This document shows positions 1 to 11,628 of a stretch of 64,000 bases of DNA, in pieces. The stretch is from NCBI GenBank assembly GCA_951406725.2, contig OX597820.1:55428001-55492000 (forward strand), given 5' to 3'. Made by a program: the position numbers and the translations under genes. Numbering within the stretch: position 1 is the stretch's first letter; the number at the start of each line of letters is the position of its first letter. Source of the stretch: Octopus vulgaris. Taxonomy: Eukaryota. A model generated the notes under the pieces. It saw only the letters and a list, made by a program, of their open reading frames with translations. It made no database searches and was not told the DNA's origin.

Positions 1-335
1 CTGTTCCTTGTTATCAATTATGTCCTTAGCATGTCTTTGTACTAAACAAAATCTATTTTGTTTTTGTTAGAGTCATTGTTTTTAATAAAACACATTCATA
101 CACAGGCCTATCACTTTGAGCCCTTTATTGTAAATAGTCTATGTTTTTATACTAGTAACCACAACGCAGACAGACCAAACAAAATTGGACTGGATCTACC
201 TATTTAACAACCTACACACACGTAGATATATTTATATATTGTTTATTTATTATGGTAGTTTTGACTTTAAGAGTCCCTCCTAGCATGAGGCATTTATGTA
301 TAGTAATGCCCTTAATATAAGTAGATATATTTATA

Positions 336-536
336 TGGCATGTCTGTGCCGGTGGCACGTAAAAAGCACACACTACACTCACGGAGTGGTTGGCATTAGG
401 AAGGGCATCTAGCTGTAGAAACACTGCCAGATCAGACTGGGCCTGGTGCAGCCTTCTGGCTTCCCAGACCCCAGTTGAACCGTCCAACCCATGCTAGCAT
501 GGAAAGCGGACGGTAAACTATGATGATGATGATGAT
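336..536 (+). mobile_element. RTE-clade LINE 3' UTR/tail (5'-truncated copy)
   Basis: GTGCCGGTGGCACGTAAAAAGCAC...GGTTGGCATTAGGAAGGGCATC...CCAACCCATGCTAGCATGGAAAGCGGAC, then a (GAT)n tail. The same sequence directly follows RTE C-terminal coding remnants at 22503-22993. Confidence 0.75.
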
Positions 537-599
537 ATATACCTACACATATACATCTGTATATACATATATACACACACACACATACATATATGTATA

Positions 600-636
<37 letters not shown>

Positions 637-712
637 TCATCATCATCATCATTTAGCGTCCGTTCTCCATGCTAGCATATATATATATATATATATATAC
701 ACATGCACACAT

Positions 713-746
<34 letters not shown>

Positions 747-749
<3 letters not shown>

Positions 750-1020
750 GGTTGTTGTGCACATCAAGAAATTGTAAATATATACACAGACAATTTGCAA
801 TAATTTTATTAGTTTTACAGATACATACAACACATGTACATATATATGCCTGCACTCAGTTTTGGGATAGTGGAGGTAAAGACAGATGTGTAAAAATAGA
901 GGCTGCACAGTTATCGAGTTAATATCAGTTGAAATAAAACTATGTAGAAAACTAATAAAATTATTGCAGACTGCTGGTGTAAATATATTTACAACTTCCT
1001 CTTGTACACAACAAACCACT
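747..1020. mobile_element. MITE-like fold-back element with ~75 bp imperfect TIRs
   Basis: Perfect 21-bp inverted repeat TGCAATAATTTTATTAGTTTT (796-816) / AAAACTAATAAAATTATTGCA (948-968), extending imperfectly out to AGTGGTTG...AACCACT. Confidence 0.6.
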
Positions 1021-1167
1021 ATTGATTTTCATTGCACTCTGCAACACAGTGAATATGTTACCATACTGTGACACATGACGCATATATTATGTTAATGCAA
1101 AATATCAACATAGGGCATATTTCTGACAATGTGTGTGTGTGTGTGTGTGTGTATGTGAGAGAGAGCG

Positions 1168-1462
1168 AGCGCTGAGAGATAAACTGGATATAAAGGATAT
1201 TAAATGCAGTGTGCTGATATGGACATGAAATATGAAATGCATATAGAGGATGACAGCTGTATAAAGCAGTGCAGGACACTCAAAGAAGACATAACTTGTG
1301 GATGTGAAAGAGAGAGAGACCTAGAGAGACAGGGACTGGTGGTGAAGACTGGCCTTAGTATGTTGAATTGCATAAAAGAGCTGACCAATGACTGCAATGA
1401 TAAGCAGTATACAGAGCTGGATAAAATCTGTCCACTGGTGCAAGCATGGCTAAACAAATGAT
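1168..1462 (+). mobile_element. Degenerate RTE LINE C-terminal coding fragment
   Basis: Translation MHIEDDSCIKQCRTL...LVVKTGLSMLN..KELTND resembles the RTE C-terminus seen more clearly at 22850-22990. Confidence 0.5.
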
Positions 1463-1489
1463 GAATTAACGCTAGTGGTCGATACTGAT

Positions 1490-1571
<82 letters not shown>

Positions 1572-1576
<5 letters not shown>

Positions 1577-1800
1577 CGTAAAAAGCACCATCCAATCGTG
1601 GCCGTTTGCCAGCCTCGTCTGGCACGTAAAAAGCACCCACTACACTCATGGAGTGGTTGGCATTAGGAAGGGCATCCAGCCGTAGAAACATTGCCAGATC
1701 AGACTGGGCCTGGTGCAGCCTTCTGGCTTCCCAGACCTCAGTTGCACTGCCCAACCCATGCCAGCATGGAAAGCAGACGCTAAACGATGATGATGATGAT
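1572..1800 (+). mobile_element. RTE LINE 3' tail
   Basis: Same family as 336-536, with duplicated GGCACGTAAAAAGCACC units and a (GAT)n end. Confidence 0.75.
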
Positions 1801-3276
1801 ATATATCCACTGTTGGTGCTCTTACCTAATTCGTCTCTATGAAGCCTGCATCCAATGCTCCACAATGCCTCTTTGGAACCTGTCATCTCTTTATCATTCA
1901 TTGCTGTTACTCATACTTTCTGTTACTATCATTTATCTCTATTACACACATTTCCTCATCACTCACACCCTCTGTACTACTCTCTCTCCAATTCACATCA
2001 TTATTCTGTCTATGCAGCCAGGAATAGCACTGATCTGTCTAGCCCTTTCATCTCTCTGACACCTTCCTTTCAATACTTGTTGCTCACCAATGTATCAAAA
2101 GAATGGTGTGCAGGCTACCATCTACTTTTATTACCACTTAAAAAGAACTCCAATGGCTCAGTTCATAACTGATACATGCAACTACCTTTCTGTATTGCCA
2201 GACATCACTCCCTCTCCCCTCACATAAGCCATCCACTACTGACATCCATCACTCTCACTCTCTTTCATCATTGCATATCTCTATTATCATCCATCACCTG
2301 CTCAATCACATTCTCACACCTGCAAACATGTAGCTGCCATTACTGTCTTGCCTCCATTACTCCACCTACCAGCAGTATCACCCTCACACATCAATCACTC
2401 TGTTTCATCTCCTTGCTACTCTCATCTTGACCCTCCAGTCCTTGTTCACCTTTGTCCACCCTCTCTAAGCCACACTACCTTGAACTGAGACAATAAGAGA
2501 GTCCCTTTGATATTATCAAGGAAATGATAACTCCTTTAGTTTTGGTACCATGATCAAATGCCCATGGTGTACTCAGTAAGAAAGCCGCTGTTAGGAAATG
2601 CATCCTTAGAACCCTTACAAAAAGTGTGATGTATGAGTGCAACAGACTCTCTCAACTCATGCTAAAGGACAGTAATTCTAAAAGAGAACTGATTTGAACT
2701 GGGGCAACATGTGTTGTGTGTGTGGCGGGGAGTGAGAGGCATAGCCATGAGGATTTGGGTTTAGTTCCACTGCATGACATCTTGTGCATGTGTCTTCTTT
2801 TATAATCATGTACTGGCCAATGCATTGAGTGCAATTGGTATATGGAATTTAAGCAGAAACCCATTGTATGTGTGTGTATGGTATAGCTGTTGGGCTTCAT
2901 GGCCAAGGGTAGACTTGTAAAACTTGGAAATTTTTTAAATAACATTCATCATCATATTTTTAAAACCACTTTAAAAAGAACTCATAAATGCACTATTTGT
3001 TTGTAATGCCCTGTGTTGTCCCATATATATATGTCTTGCAAACAACTTGCACATGCAAGTGCTACCAGTCAAAAGTTCCGTATACCGGAAGCCAGCAAGT
3101 GTATGGGGTCATCAGGAGAGAATGCGTGCCGTTTCAGGGCCTACCTCTCGACGTCATCAATGCGCACCGGCCCCCCTCACTGATATGAGGCCCTGCTTGC
3201 TAGATCAGTAATTATTGTAATAAAGAATATAATATGATATATAATTATTGTAATAAAGAATCATCTCTTAGGTACA

Positions 3277-3321
3277 TCTCATCGATAAGAGTCAATAAAC
3301 TTGAAACATCAATGTCTGAGA
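3277..3321 (+). ncRNA. Degenerate type I hammerhead ribozyme motif, U3:A8 core variant
   Basis: TCTCA-TCGATAA-GAGT caataa ACTT-GAAA-CATCAATG-TC-TGAGA: stems I, II and III can all be drawn. A second copy lies at 5950-5996. Confidence 0.55.
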
Positions 3322-3492
3322 CTCTCAAGAGAGGGTGACACTGAATGAATCGGGTGTTTTCACACCTTTTTACCACAAGAGAGATTTTTTCTCCATGGTA
3401 ACTTTAGCAGTTGAAGTGTGTGACAAACATATTTGAACTAACCTAAATTGTGATTATACATAAACACTGCTTTTGTGCCATTACTTTGTTAA

Positions 3493-3963
3493 ATATATAT
3501 ATGAAAGATGGTTTGAAAATGCAATTTTAAAGTTGTTTATTCACTTGACAGGTTTCACTTTTTGAGAAAAAGATTGTGAAAAGTAAAATGCAAAGGTTTG
3601 TATAAGCTTTGTTGTGTTAAGTACTGGTTGTCACAAAATTATTAAAATACATATATACATTCTTTGATAATAATAACATAATGTGAAAAACAGTTTTCAA
3701 GAAAGTATTTAAGAAAATATTCAACAAAAAAAAGTATTAGGAGTTCAATATAAATCATGTTTGTTTGACAGTATATATATACATACACAGAATAAGTATT
3801 TGGAGTTCAATAAAAATCATGTTTGATAGTATATATATACACAGAAGGAGATATGTTTAAGAATTTACAAAAAATTGGAGAGAAACCAACCTGCGTTTTT
3901 GTCATTTTTTCTACACAGGTTGGTTTCTCTCCAATTTTTTGTAAATTCTTAAATATGTCTCCT

Positions 3964-3995
<32 letters not shown>

Positions 3996-4272
3996 CTACC
4001 AAGCAAACATGATTTATATTGAACTCCTAATACTTTTTTTGTTGAATATTTTCTTAAATACTTTCTTGAAAACTGTTTTTCACATTATGTTATTATTATC
4101 AAAGAATGTATATATGTATTTTAATAATTTTGTGACAACCAGTACTTAACACAACAAAGCTTATACAAAGCTTTACATTTTACTTTTCACAATCTTTTTC
4201 TAAAAAAGCGAAATCAGTCAAGTGAATAAACATCTTTAAAATTGCATTTTCAAACCTTCTTTCATATATATT
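3493..4272. repeat. Long inverted repeat (~360-400 bp arms, ~22 nt spacer)
   Basis: 3493-3893 is the near-perfect reverse complement of 3916-4272. The left arm carries an extra ~55 bp internal duplication. Confidence 0.92.
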
Positions 4273-4309
4273 TCCACTCGTGTGTTATCTTACAACTTTA
4301 CTTTGTTAT

Positions 4310-4357
<48 letters not shown>

Positions 4358-4412
4358 CATTCAAAGGAATTCCAAGTCTGTTTTTCTATGTTTTATATAT
4401 ATATATATATAT

Positions 4413-4743
4413 ACAATTGCAGCGTGGAAGGTGTTTATAAGCCATTTAAGAAACACACAAAAGCTGTTCGATTCACTTCAACATTTAAGTTTAATTTGTC
4501 AAAATATTTTCGTCGCTAAAATCCGCGACCTGTTCACTGACAAAAATCCGTGCTGCATTTTGTCAGTGAACAGGTCGCGGATTTTAGCGACGAAAATATT
4601 TTGACAAATTAAACTTAAATGTTGAAGTGAATCGAACGGCTTTTGTGTGTTTCTTAAATGGCTTATAAACACCTTCCACGCTGCAATAGTTTTCGTTTCA
4701 GCACACGATCTCAGATCAAATTACTTGCTATGCGAGTACATCT

Positions 4744-4746
<3 letters not shown>
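4413..4746 (+). mobile_element. Penelope-like pLTR with 5' inverted partial copy, inserted in (TA)n
   Basis: 130-bp arms 4416-4545 / 4558-4687 with one mismatch and a 12-nt loop. The right arm continues to CTCCC|(TA)n. (TA)n lies on both flanks, and the arms contain a hammerhead fold. Confidence 0.7.
4559..4608 (+). ncRNA. Minimal type I hammerhead ribozyme motif, G3:C8 core variant (mirror copy 4495-4544, minus)
   Basis: TTTGTCA-GTGAACA-G-GTCGC ggatttta GCGAC-GAA-AATATT-T^TGACAAA: 7-bp stem I, 5-bp stem II and palindromic stem III. Confidence 0.65.
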
Positions 4747-4792
<46 letters not shown>

Positions 4793-5758
4793 CATACATA
4801 TATATATATGAACATATTTGTCTGTATGTGCATAAAGAGAACAAAAGTATTGTATGTTAACTATGTTCAATAAATCTCTCTCTCTCTTCCTTTCTTTCTC
4901 CCTCCCTCATCCTCCCGTTCGTCCCTTTTTGTCCTCTCTCTCCTTTTCTTATTCTTTTTATCTATAAGTTAATATTCTTACTCTTTTTATTTAACATGTG
5001 GAGGAGGGGCCCCCCATTGCCAAAAAGTACTGTCACCAAAACAGTCTGAATGTCCATTTAGCCATGCCTAATCATCAGTGTCCAAGCAGCTTCACCCAAT
5101 CAGATCATTCTGCTTGCACACAAGACATTAAAAAATACTTTTGTCTTACTAACCACTTATAACTTATGAAACGATATTATAATTTTCAATTTATTCAAAA
5201 ATCTTCATGAACTCATTTTATTTCTGGGTTAACCAATATCAGTCAATGTACATGCGGAGTAATTTTCAGTTAAAAAACAATGATATGACTATTTCAGTTT
5301 TACATAACCTCTGTGTATGAGATATCTGACAGAGATAAGAAAAATGTGTCTTTGTCTTTTCTCACTTGTTAATTATGACCGAGTATTACGAGTTTTTAAT
5401 TTATTCATTAATTTCTTTGTGGACATTGTGCTTGAAAAGACATGTCAAGTGAAGTAAAAGTGTGGTTGTCTTTACATACAGGCTTATCCCCTGCATCCCT
5501 CTCCAACTGAGAATTCTTAATCTTTTGGGCTTGTAGATGTTGGTGCCATGTAAAAAGTACCTGGTAGTCCCTGTAAAGTGGTTAGCATTAGGAAGGGCAT
5601 CCAGCTGTAGAAACCAAGCCAAAACAAACATGAAACCTGGGCAGCCTGTATGTATGGATGACAGTGATTTTACTTAACACATTGACTGATTTACGCTAGT
5701 AGATTGCCTGATTGAGAAAAATATCGGAGTAATGGTGCTAAGCAGTGTTTACACATAA

Positions 5759-6142
5759 TCAGTGTATTTGCCTTTAGCAGTTGAAATATATAACAAACAT
5801 ATTTCAACTAACCGAAATTGTGATTATACATAAACACTGTTTTTTCTCGATTGGGCAATCTACTAGTGTAAATAAGTCTATGTGTTGGCTGAATTATATA
5901 TAAGACTATAAGCTTTATCAGTTCATTCAGAGTTGCCTCTCTTAGGTACATCTCATTGATAAGAGTCAATAAACTCAAAACATCAATGTCTGAGATTCCC
6001 AAGAGAGGGTGACACTGAACGAATGGAGTGTTTTCACGGCTTTTTAACATAAGAGAGATTTTCCTCTACAGTAAGTGCAGTGTATTTACCTTCAGCAGTT
6101 GAAATACGTAACAAACATATTTCAGCTAACCTAAATTGTGAA
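5759..6142 (+). mobile_element. Penelope-like pLTR remnant in partial tandem
   Basis: ~5760-5825 is repeated at ~6078-6142 and is homologous to 3262-3470. It ends in (TA)n and contains a hammerhead-like motif at 5950-5996. Confidence 0.55.
5950..5996 (+). ncRNA. Degenerate hammerhead motif, U3:A8 variant
   Basis: ATCTCA-TTGATAA-GAGT caataa ACTC-aAAA-CATCAATG-TC-TGAGAT. The G12->A change is consistent with CpG decay and probably inactivates this copy. Confidence 0.55.
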
Positions 6143-6385
6143 TATATATATATATATTGTCCACAGGGGGCTAAACATAGAGGGGACAAACAAAGTGATT
6201 AAGTCACTTTGCGGTTTCCAGTTTCCATGCCATGTAGCTAGGTTCAGCTGAACCCAGTCTGACTCATTCAAAAGAGAGCCTGAATGATGAAGAACTCAAG
6301 AGAAACAGGTCCCTAGACCAGCCCAAATAAATTACTGCACTCTATATCCATAGTGAGTGCTTCTTCTCCAGTTTGTTACCTAACA

Positions 6386-6416
<31 letters not shown>

Positions 6417-7659
6417 CAGGTATATGTAACAGTTACATGATGGAAGAGTAATGTTAGTTAAAAACACATGGAAATCTTTCATTTTCATTTATTTAAAGAT
6501 TTGATCCTCCTTATTTTTAGAGGGCGTTAGTGGAGGTATTGGTGAAGGAGTTTGATTCCCAACCACATGGTTCTGGGTTCAGTACTACTGCATGGCATCT
6601 TGAGCAAGTATCTCTTTCTTCAGCTCTGGGCCAACCAAAGTCTTGTGAAAGGATTTGGGAGACAAAAACTGAAACTCAATTGTATAAATAAATGTGTGTG
6701 TGTGTGTGTGTGTGTGAGTACATGTGTGTTACTGTCTCCTTGCTTTGATATCATGTAATAGTTGTAAATGAGTGTCCCTGTCATACAAGCAGTGTCCTTT
6801 GTTTTTAATCTTCTATGGAAACATGGCCAGCCAAGAGGAAATATTACCTTACTTGGAAACAGGTGAGGGCTGACCACAGGAGGAATATCCAGCTGAATAA
6901 ATCTGCCTAAACAAATTTTGTCTGACCTAAATAAGCATGGTAAAGTGAATGTTACGTGACAATGATGTTGATGATCATGGTGACTGTATACCATTAGAAT
7001 GTCAAGTTGTTTTGTTGCACTTCTGTGACAAAGTCATTAATTTGTGCAGTGAATTTGGTTCAGTAACCAGGTCATAAGTATGCAACAAAACGTGATGCTA
7101 TACAAAACTATTAAGAAATATAAAAATTTGTTTTTAAAGTTGAATATGACTTGACTCATCACAATGGTGTGTGTCTGTGTGAGTGTATGTGAGAGAGAGT
7201 GAGAGAGAGAGAGAATTCCAAAATATTGTTTATTGTAGAGAATGTATATTTCATTCAAATATGTATGCATAGAAAGTAATCATGCATACAACAGTTGAGG
7301 ATCGTCATATACAAAGTAATATATATAAATAGTACCAATGGAAATTCTAGTTATTTTGAAAACTGGGGTACATGAAGAACAGTGAGAATTCAAAGAATAA
7401 CATAGCCATTCATTATTAATATGTTCTAACAAATTCAAACATATACGATTGTTGCTTTTTGGTCATAAGAGAAACCTTCTTTCTCTTAGGTGATGTGTGT
7501 TCATAACACACATGATTGACTAGTTTAAAGGGACCTTGAAAGACTTAAGTGTTTCAACCTCATTGCATGTCTCCACAGTTGAAACAATCCAATATTGAAA
7601 CATCTGATTCTTTTGATGGTGTAAAATTTCACATAGATAGTATTGAATGTACAGTCTTA

Positions 7660-7952
7660 GGAGACAGGAAGACCCCCTTCGGTCATGAATGACCATTGGA
7701 CTGCACCTAGAAAGTTACCCTCTGAGATTGTTTATGGAAGGCCAGCAGTCACCCATGCATACCAGCCTCCCCTCTCCACACCATTGATGTTATCCAGTGA
7801 TGTCGCAACTTATTTCTACAGCTGAGTGAACTGGAGCAACATGAAATAAAGTGTCTTGCTCAAGAACACAACATGCAGCCCGGTCTAGGAATTGAACTTA
7901 CAACCTCACGATCGTAAGCTCGATGCTCTGACCACTGAGCCGTGTGCCTTCA
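7660..7952 (-). mobile_element. tRNA-derived SINE (GTGTYCTTGAGCAAGACACTT central-domain family)
   Basis: Minus strand reads GGCTCAGTGG (A box)...AGTTCAATTCC (B box)...GTGTTCTTGAGCAAGACACTT. Relatives at ~9476-9690 (+), 30392-30692 (-), 41935-42235 (+) and 52285-52545 (-). Confidence 0.7.
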
Positions 7953-9145
7953 CTTAGGAGACAACATCTCTGAAAGTCATAGTCCTTGTTATACACATGT
8001 CACCTCTTCTTTCACGAAGGTGTTATCTATTATTTTTCACTTCACATCAAGAAGTAAACCATCTAACAATGGAATAAAATTGAAGACATAATCTATCTCA
8101 TAATATAATTTTCCTGCCGTTTGACCACATAGCTAAAGCTTTAACCCTTTAGTGTTTAAACTGACCATATACTGCCCAAATTTTCTACCTTTTTTTTTTT
8201 TGGTTCAAACTAGCCAGTTCTTGCCTCTCACACTGACACAACAATGTCATTCTAAAAATAAAAAAGTCACATCATTGAAATTTCAAACCAATGAGATCAT
8301 GCATGATTAGCTTAAAATACTGTAACTAAATAAGCATTACACTTGACTGAGCAATCTGTCTTTACATTCTGAGTTCAAATTCCGCTAAGGTTGACTTCGC
8401 CTTTCATCCTTTCAGGATCGATAAATTAAGTACCAGTTGCATATGGGGGTCAATCTAATCAACTGGCCCCCTCCCACAAAATTCTAGGCCTTGTGCCTAG
8501 AGTAGAAAAGGATATCTTTTTTATCGACCTTGAAAGGATGAAAAGTGAAGATGACCCCAGACAAAATACAAACTTAGAACATAAAGCCAGAAGAAATTCT
8601 GCTAAGCATTTTCTTCAGAATGTTAACAATTCTCTCAGTTCACCACCTTTGCCGCTTAATAATATAATAGTGTATCTATATCTGTCATCTGGTTAATTTC
8701 AATGCAGACAATATAATAAACACATTAGCTTCTCTCTTTTTTTTATTTATTTCATGTCTGTAGACTAGACTATTCTGAAACAACATTATTAGAGCTAATC
8801 TATTTCCAAATTTTCTTCACCAGACACAATCTGCTTTAAAACTCGGTGGCTCTTTCTTAATATTGTTATATTCTTCAAGACAGACTGGTAGCTACTATAT
8901 TTCTCTCTCTCTCTCTCTCTCTTTCTCATTCTGTCACACATACATAAAACACAAGATACATGAAGAAACACAAAAATACATAAAGGAGATATGCCACATT
9001 GCAGACCAGTCCATTCAAAGCCATTGTTGATAAGTAGAATCTAAAAACAATAATGATTATGATCAATAGGACTCATGGAAACTCTGCATTTCATTAGCTT
9101 TCTTATTTCTATTTTGATTTATAGACATTAACAATCCGGTCTAAT

Positions 9146-9362
9146 AATCTTTTCTACTCTAGGCACAAGGCCCGAAATTTTGGGGAAGGGGGCCAGTCGA
9201 TTAGATCGATCCCAGTGCTCAACTGGCACTTAATTTATCGACTCTGAAAGGATGAAAGGCAATGTCAACCTTGGCGGAATTTGAACTCAGGACATAAAGA
9301 CAGACAAAATACCGCTAAGCATTTTGCCTGGTGTGCTAATGTCTCTGCCAGCTCGTTGCCTT
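9146..9362 (-). mobile_element. tRNA-derived SINE with Meta-domain-like core
   Basis: Minus strand GGCAACGAGCTGGCAGA...GAGTTCAAATTCC...GCCTTTCATCCTTTCAGAGTCGATAAATTAAGT...(ATT)n. Relatives at 8357-8515, 19270-19460, 31476-31690, 34575-34790, 44544-44800 and 51506-51716. Confidence 0.75.
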
Positions 9363-9698
9363 AATCTGCTCTAATAATGTTAAGGGTTTAAATTATATTT
9401 TTGATTTAGTTCAGTAGTTAAAACTGCCCGAAGAGTAATAAAACTTGAACTTATTCCATTATCTTAAATGTTTCATGAAGGCACATGGCTTAGTTGTTAG
9501 GGCATTCAGCTCATGATCGCAAGGTCGTGAGTTCAACTCCAGGCAATACGTTGTGTCCTTCAGCAAGACACTATATTTCACATTGCTCCAGTCCACTCAG
9601 CTGGCAAAAATGAGTAGTACCTGTAATTCAAAGAATCAGCCTTGTTACAATCAGTGTCACTCTGACTCTCCCTGAGAACTACATTAAGGGTACTCCTA

Positions 9699-9867
9699 GG
9701 CGTAGGAGTGGCTGTGTGGTAAGTAGCTTGCTTACGATCCACATGGTCCCGGGTTCAGTCCCACTGCATGGTACCTTGGGCAAGTGTCTTCTACTATAGC
9801 CTCGGGCTGACCAAAGCTTTGTGAGTGGATTTGGTAGATGGAAACTGAAGGAAGCCCGTCGTGTATA

Positions 9868-9908
<41 letters not shown>

Positions 9909-10113
9909 ATGTGTGTGTTTGTTTGTCCCCCCAGCATTACTTGACAACCAATGCTGGTGTGTTCATGTACCTGTAACTTAGCGGTTCGGCAAAAGAGACC
10001 GATAGAATAAGTACTAGGCTTACAAAGAATAAGTCCTGGGGTAGATTTGGTCGACTAAAGGTGGTGCTCCAGCATGGCCACAGTCAAATGACTGAAACAA
10101 GTAAAAAAGTAAA
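9699..10113 (+). mobile_element. Abundant octopus-type tRNA-derived SINE (full length)
   Basis: GGCGTAGGAGTGGCTGTGTGG (A box)...GGTTCAGTCCC (B box), an internal (TA)n/(TG)n tract, and the end ACTGAAACAAGTAAAA. Many copies in the window. Confidence 0.85.
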
Positions 10114-10329
10114 AGGGTATGTCTGTGGAGTGTTCAACCCCTTGCATGTTAATTTCATGAGTTGATTGTTCTATTGACTGGAGCAACTGGGACATTCGCT
10201 GCCATAACGGACGAAGTGCCAGTTTTTAATAAACTTTTCGATTATGTTTTCCATCCTATTTTGATAGTTAAGGTTGTTAACAGTGTAACACTCAAACACA
10301 TGCGACAAGCAGAATAATATTAACAAGTG

Positions 10330-10588
10330 ACATAAAAAGCACCCATGTTGGTGCCACCTGAAAAGTACCCATGCTGTTGCCATGTAAAAAGCTTTCATGC
10401 TAGTGCCACATAAAAAACATCCAGTACGATCTGTAAAGTTATTGACGTTAGGAAGGACATCCAGCCATAGAAATCATACTAAAACAGACAATTGGAGCTC
10501 AGGGAAGCTCTCCAACTTACCAGCTCCAATCAAACTGTACAGCCCATGTCAGAATGGAAAACGGATGTTAAATGATGATGATGATGAT
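10330..10588 (+). mobile_element. Older RTE LINE 3' tail
   Basis: Repeated GTGCCACATAAAAAGCACC units, TTAGGAAGGACATCCAGC, and a (GAT)n end. Confidence 0.65.
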
Positions 10589-10884
10589 GTGTGTATATTT
10601 ATTACAGGCACTTAAGTTATTTGGATGAAAAGTTTTTCTCTTTCTCTTACCTACACACAAACTATAAAGTTAAGATGACAATAGGCACAATTAAAATAAC
10701 AATAAATTAATATAGGTGCAGGTACAGCTGTGTGGTTAAGAAGCTTGCTTTACAACAATGTGGTTTCAGGTTCAGTCCCACTGCATGGCATCTTGGGCAA
10801 GTGTCTTCTACTAAACCCCAGGCTTACCTGGGATTTAGTAGATAGAAACTGTCACCAAGCCCATTATATATATATATATATATA

Positions 10885-11333
10885 CATCAAAAATAAGCAA
10901 CAAGAATGACTCCGGTAATTTGGTACAATTGTTTCGCACTACATCATTTTATCAAAAGTTGTAAGTAGTACAGCAGATTTAAGATGCTGAGTGCTCATCA
11001 GCCAATTATATAGGTTTTCCAATAATACAAAAGCTTTCAAATCAAGTAGTAACATTATAGAGAAGGTAGATATACAGATAAAGATGTAGATTTAAATTTT
11101 AAGAACATATGAGGTTGTGAAGTCCAGCCACTGACTGACCAAGCTATGGCTGTATCCAACCCGCTATAAGATTAGAAGTAATAAAGATTTTTAGTTGTAG
11201 GAATGGGGTAAGAGAGGTTTCAGAATACCATAAAAGGAGTTGCCACTAACAAAATGCCAATTACTGCTATTTGGTGAGAGGAACTAGGTCAATGTCAAAT
11301 GGTCATTCATTAATCCCCTTTACAGAGAATATA
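10885..11333 (-). mobile_element. Penelope-like element 3' fragment
   Basis: Abuts (TA)n and contains a canonical hammerhead. The minus strand reads ...KGINE* near 11305-11325, similar to the GLN ending of PLE ORFs (weak evidence). Confidence 0.55.
10920..11005 (-). ncRNA. Type I hammerhead ribozyme, canonical core
   Basis: Minus strand: TTGG-CTGATGA-GCAC...(long loop II)...GTGC-GAA-ACAATTGT-A^CCAA. Palindromic stem III and a GUA cleavage triplet. Confidence 0.8.
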
Positions 11334-11335
11334 TA

Positions 11336-11557
11336 TGAGTGGGTGCTGAAAGGTTCTTTTCCTGGCTTCAAAGGGTATCATGAAAGATCTGGTTGGAGGC
11401 CCAACCTTCCAAGTTCTTTCACAGGGCTTAGAAAAACTGAAGGACCACTGCAATAAGTGTGTGAATCTGAGAGAGGAATATGTTGAATAAAATCATAATT
11501 AACTGATCCTCCTGTATTTTCTTTAACCCGAAACCTGGAACTTTTCAGCACCCTTCG
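11336..11557. mobile_element. Tc1/mariner-type MITE
   Basis: TA-flanked TIRs of consensus CGAGGGGGTGCTGAAAAGTTCC. Family members at 16742-16958, 30064-30145 (partial) and 30753-30945. Confidence 0.75.
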
Positions 11558-11563
11558 TATATA

Positions 11564-11628
<65 letters not shown>

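Noticed and set aside
593-1685. Many ORFs rich in YIYI, HTHT or CVCV, here and throughout the window
   Set aside because: Translations of (TA)n and (CA)n microsatellites, which lack stop codons; not genes.
1200-1901. 233-aa minus-strand ORF
   Set aside because: Chance read-through across antisense RTE pieces and microsatellites.
6235-6320. Hammerhead-like TGATGAAG...GAAACAGGTC string
   Set aside because: Could not draw a consistent stem II or an adjacent stem I.
9699-9775. tRNA genes at SINE heads
   Set aside because: A and B boxes belong to SINE 5' ends and do not form complete cloverleaves.
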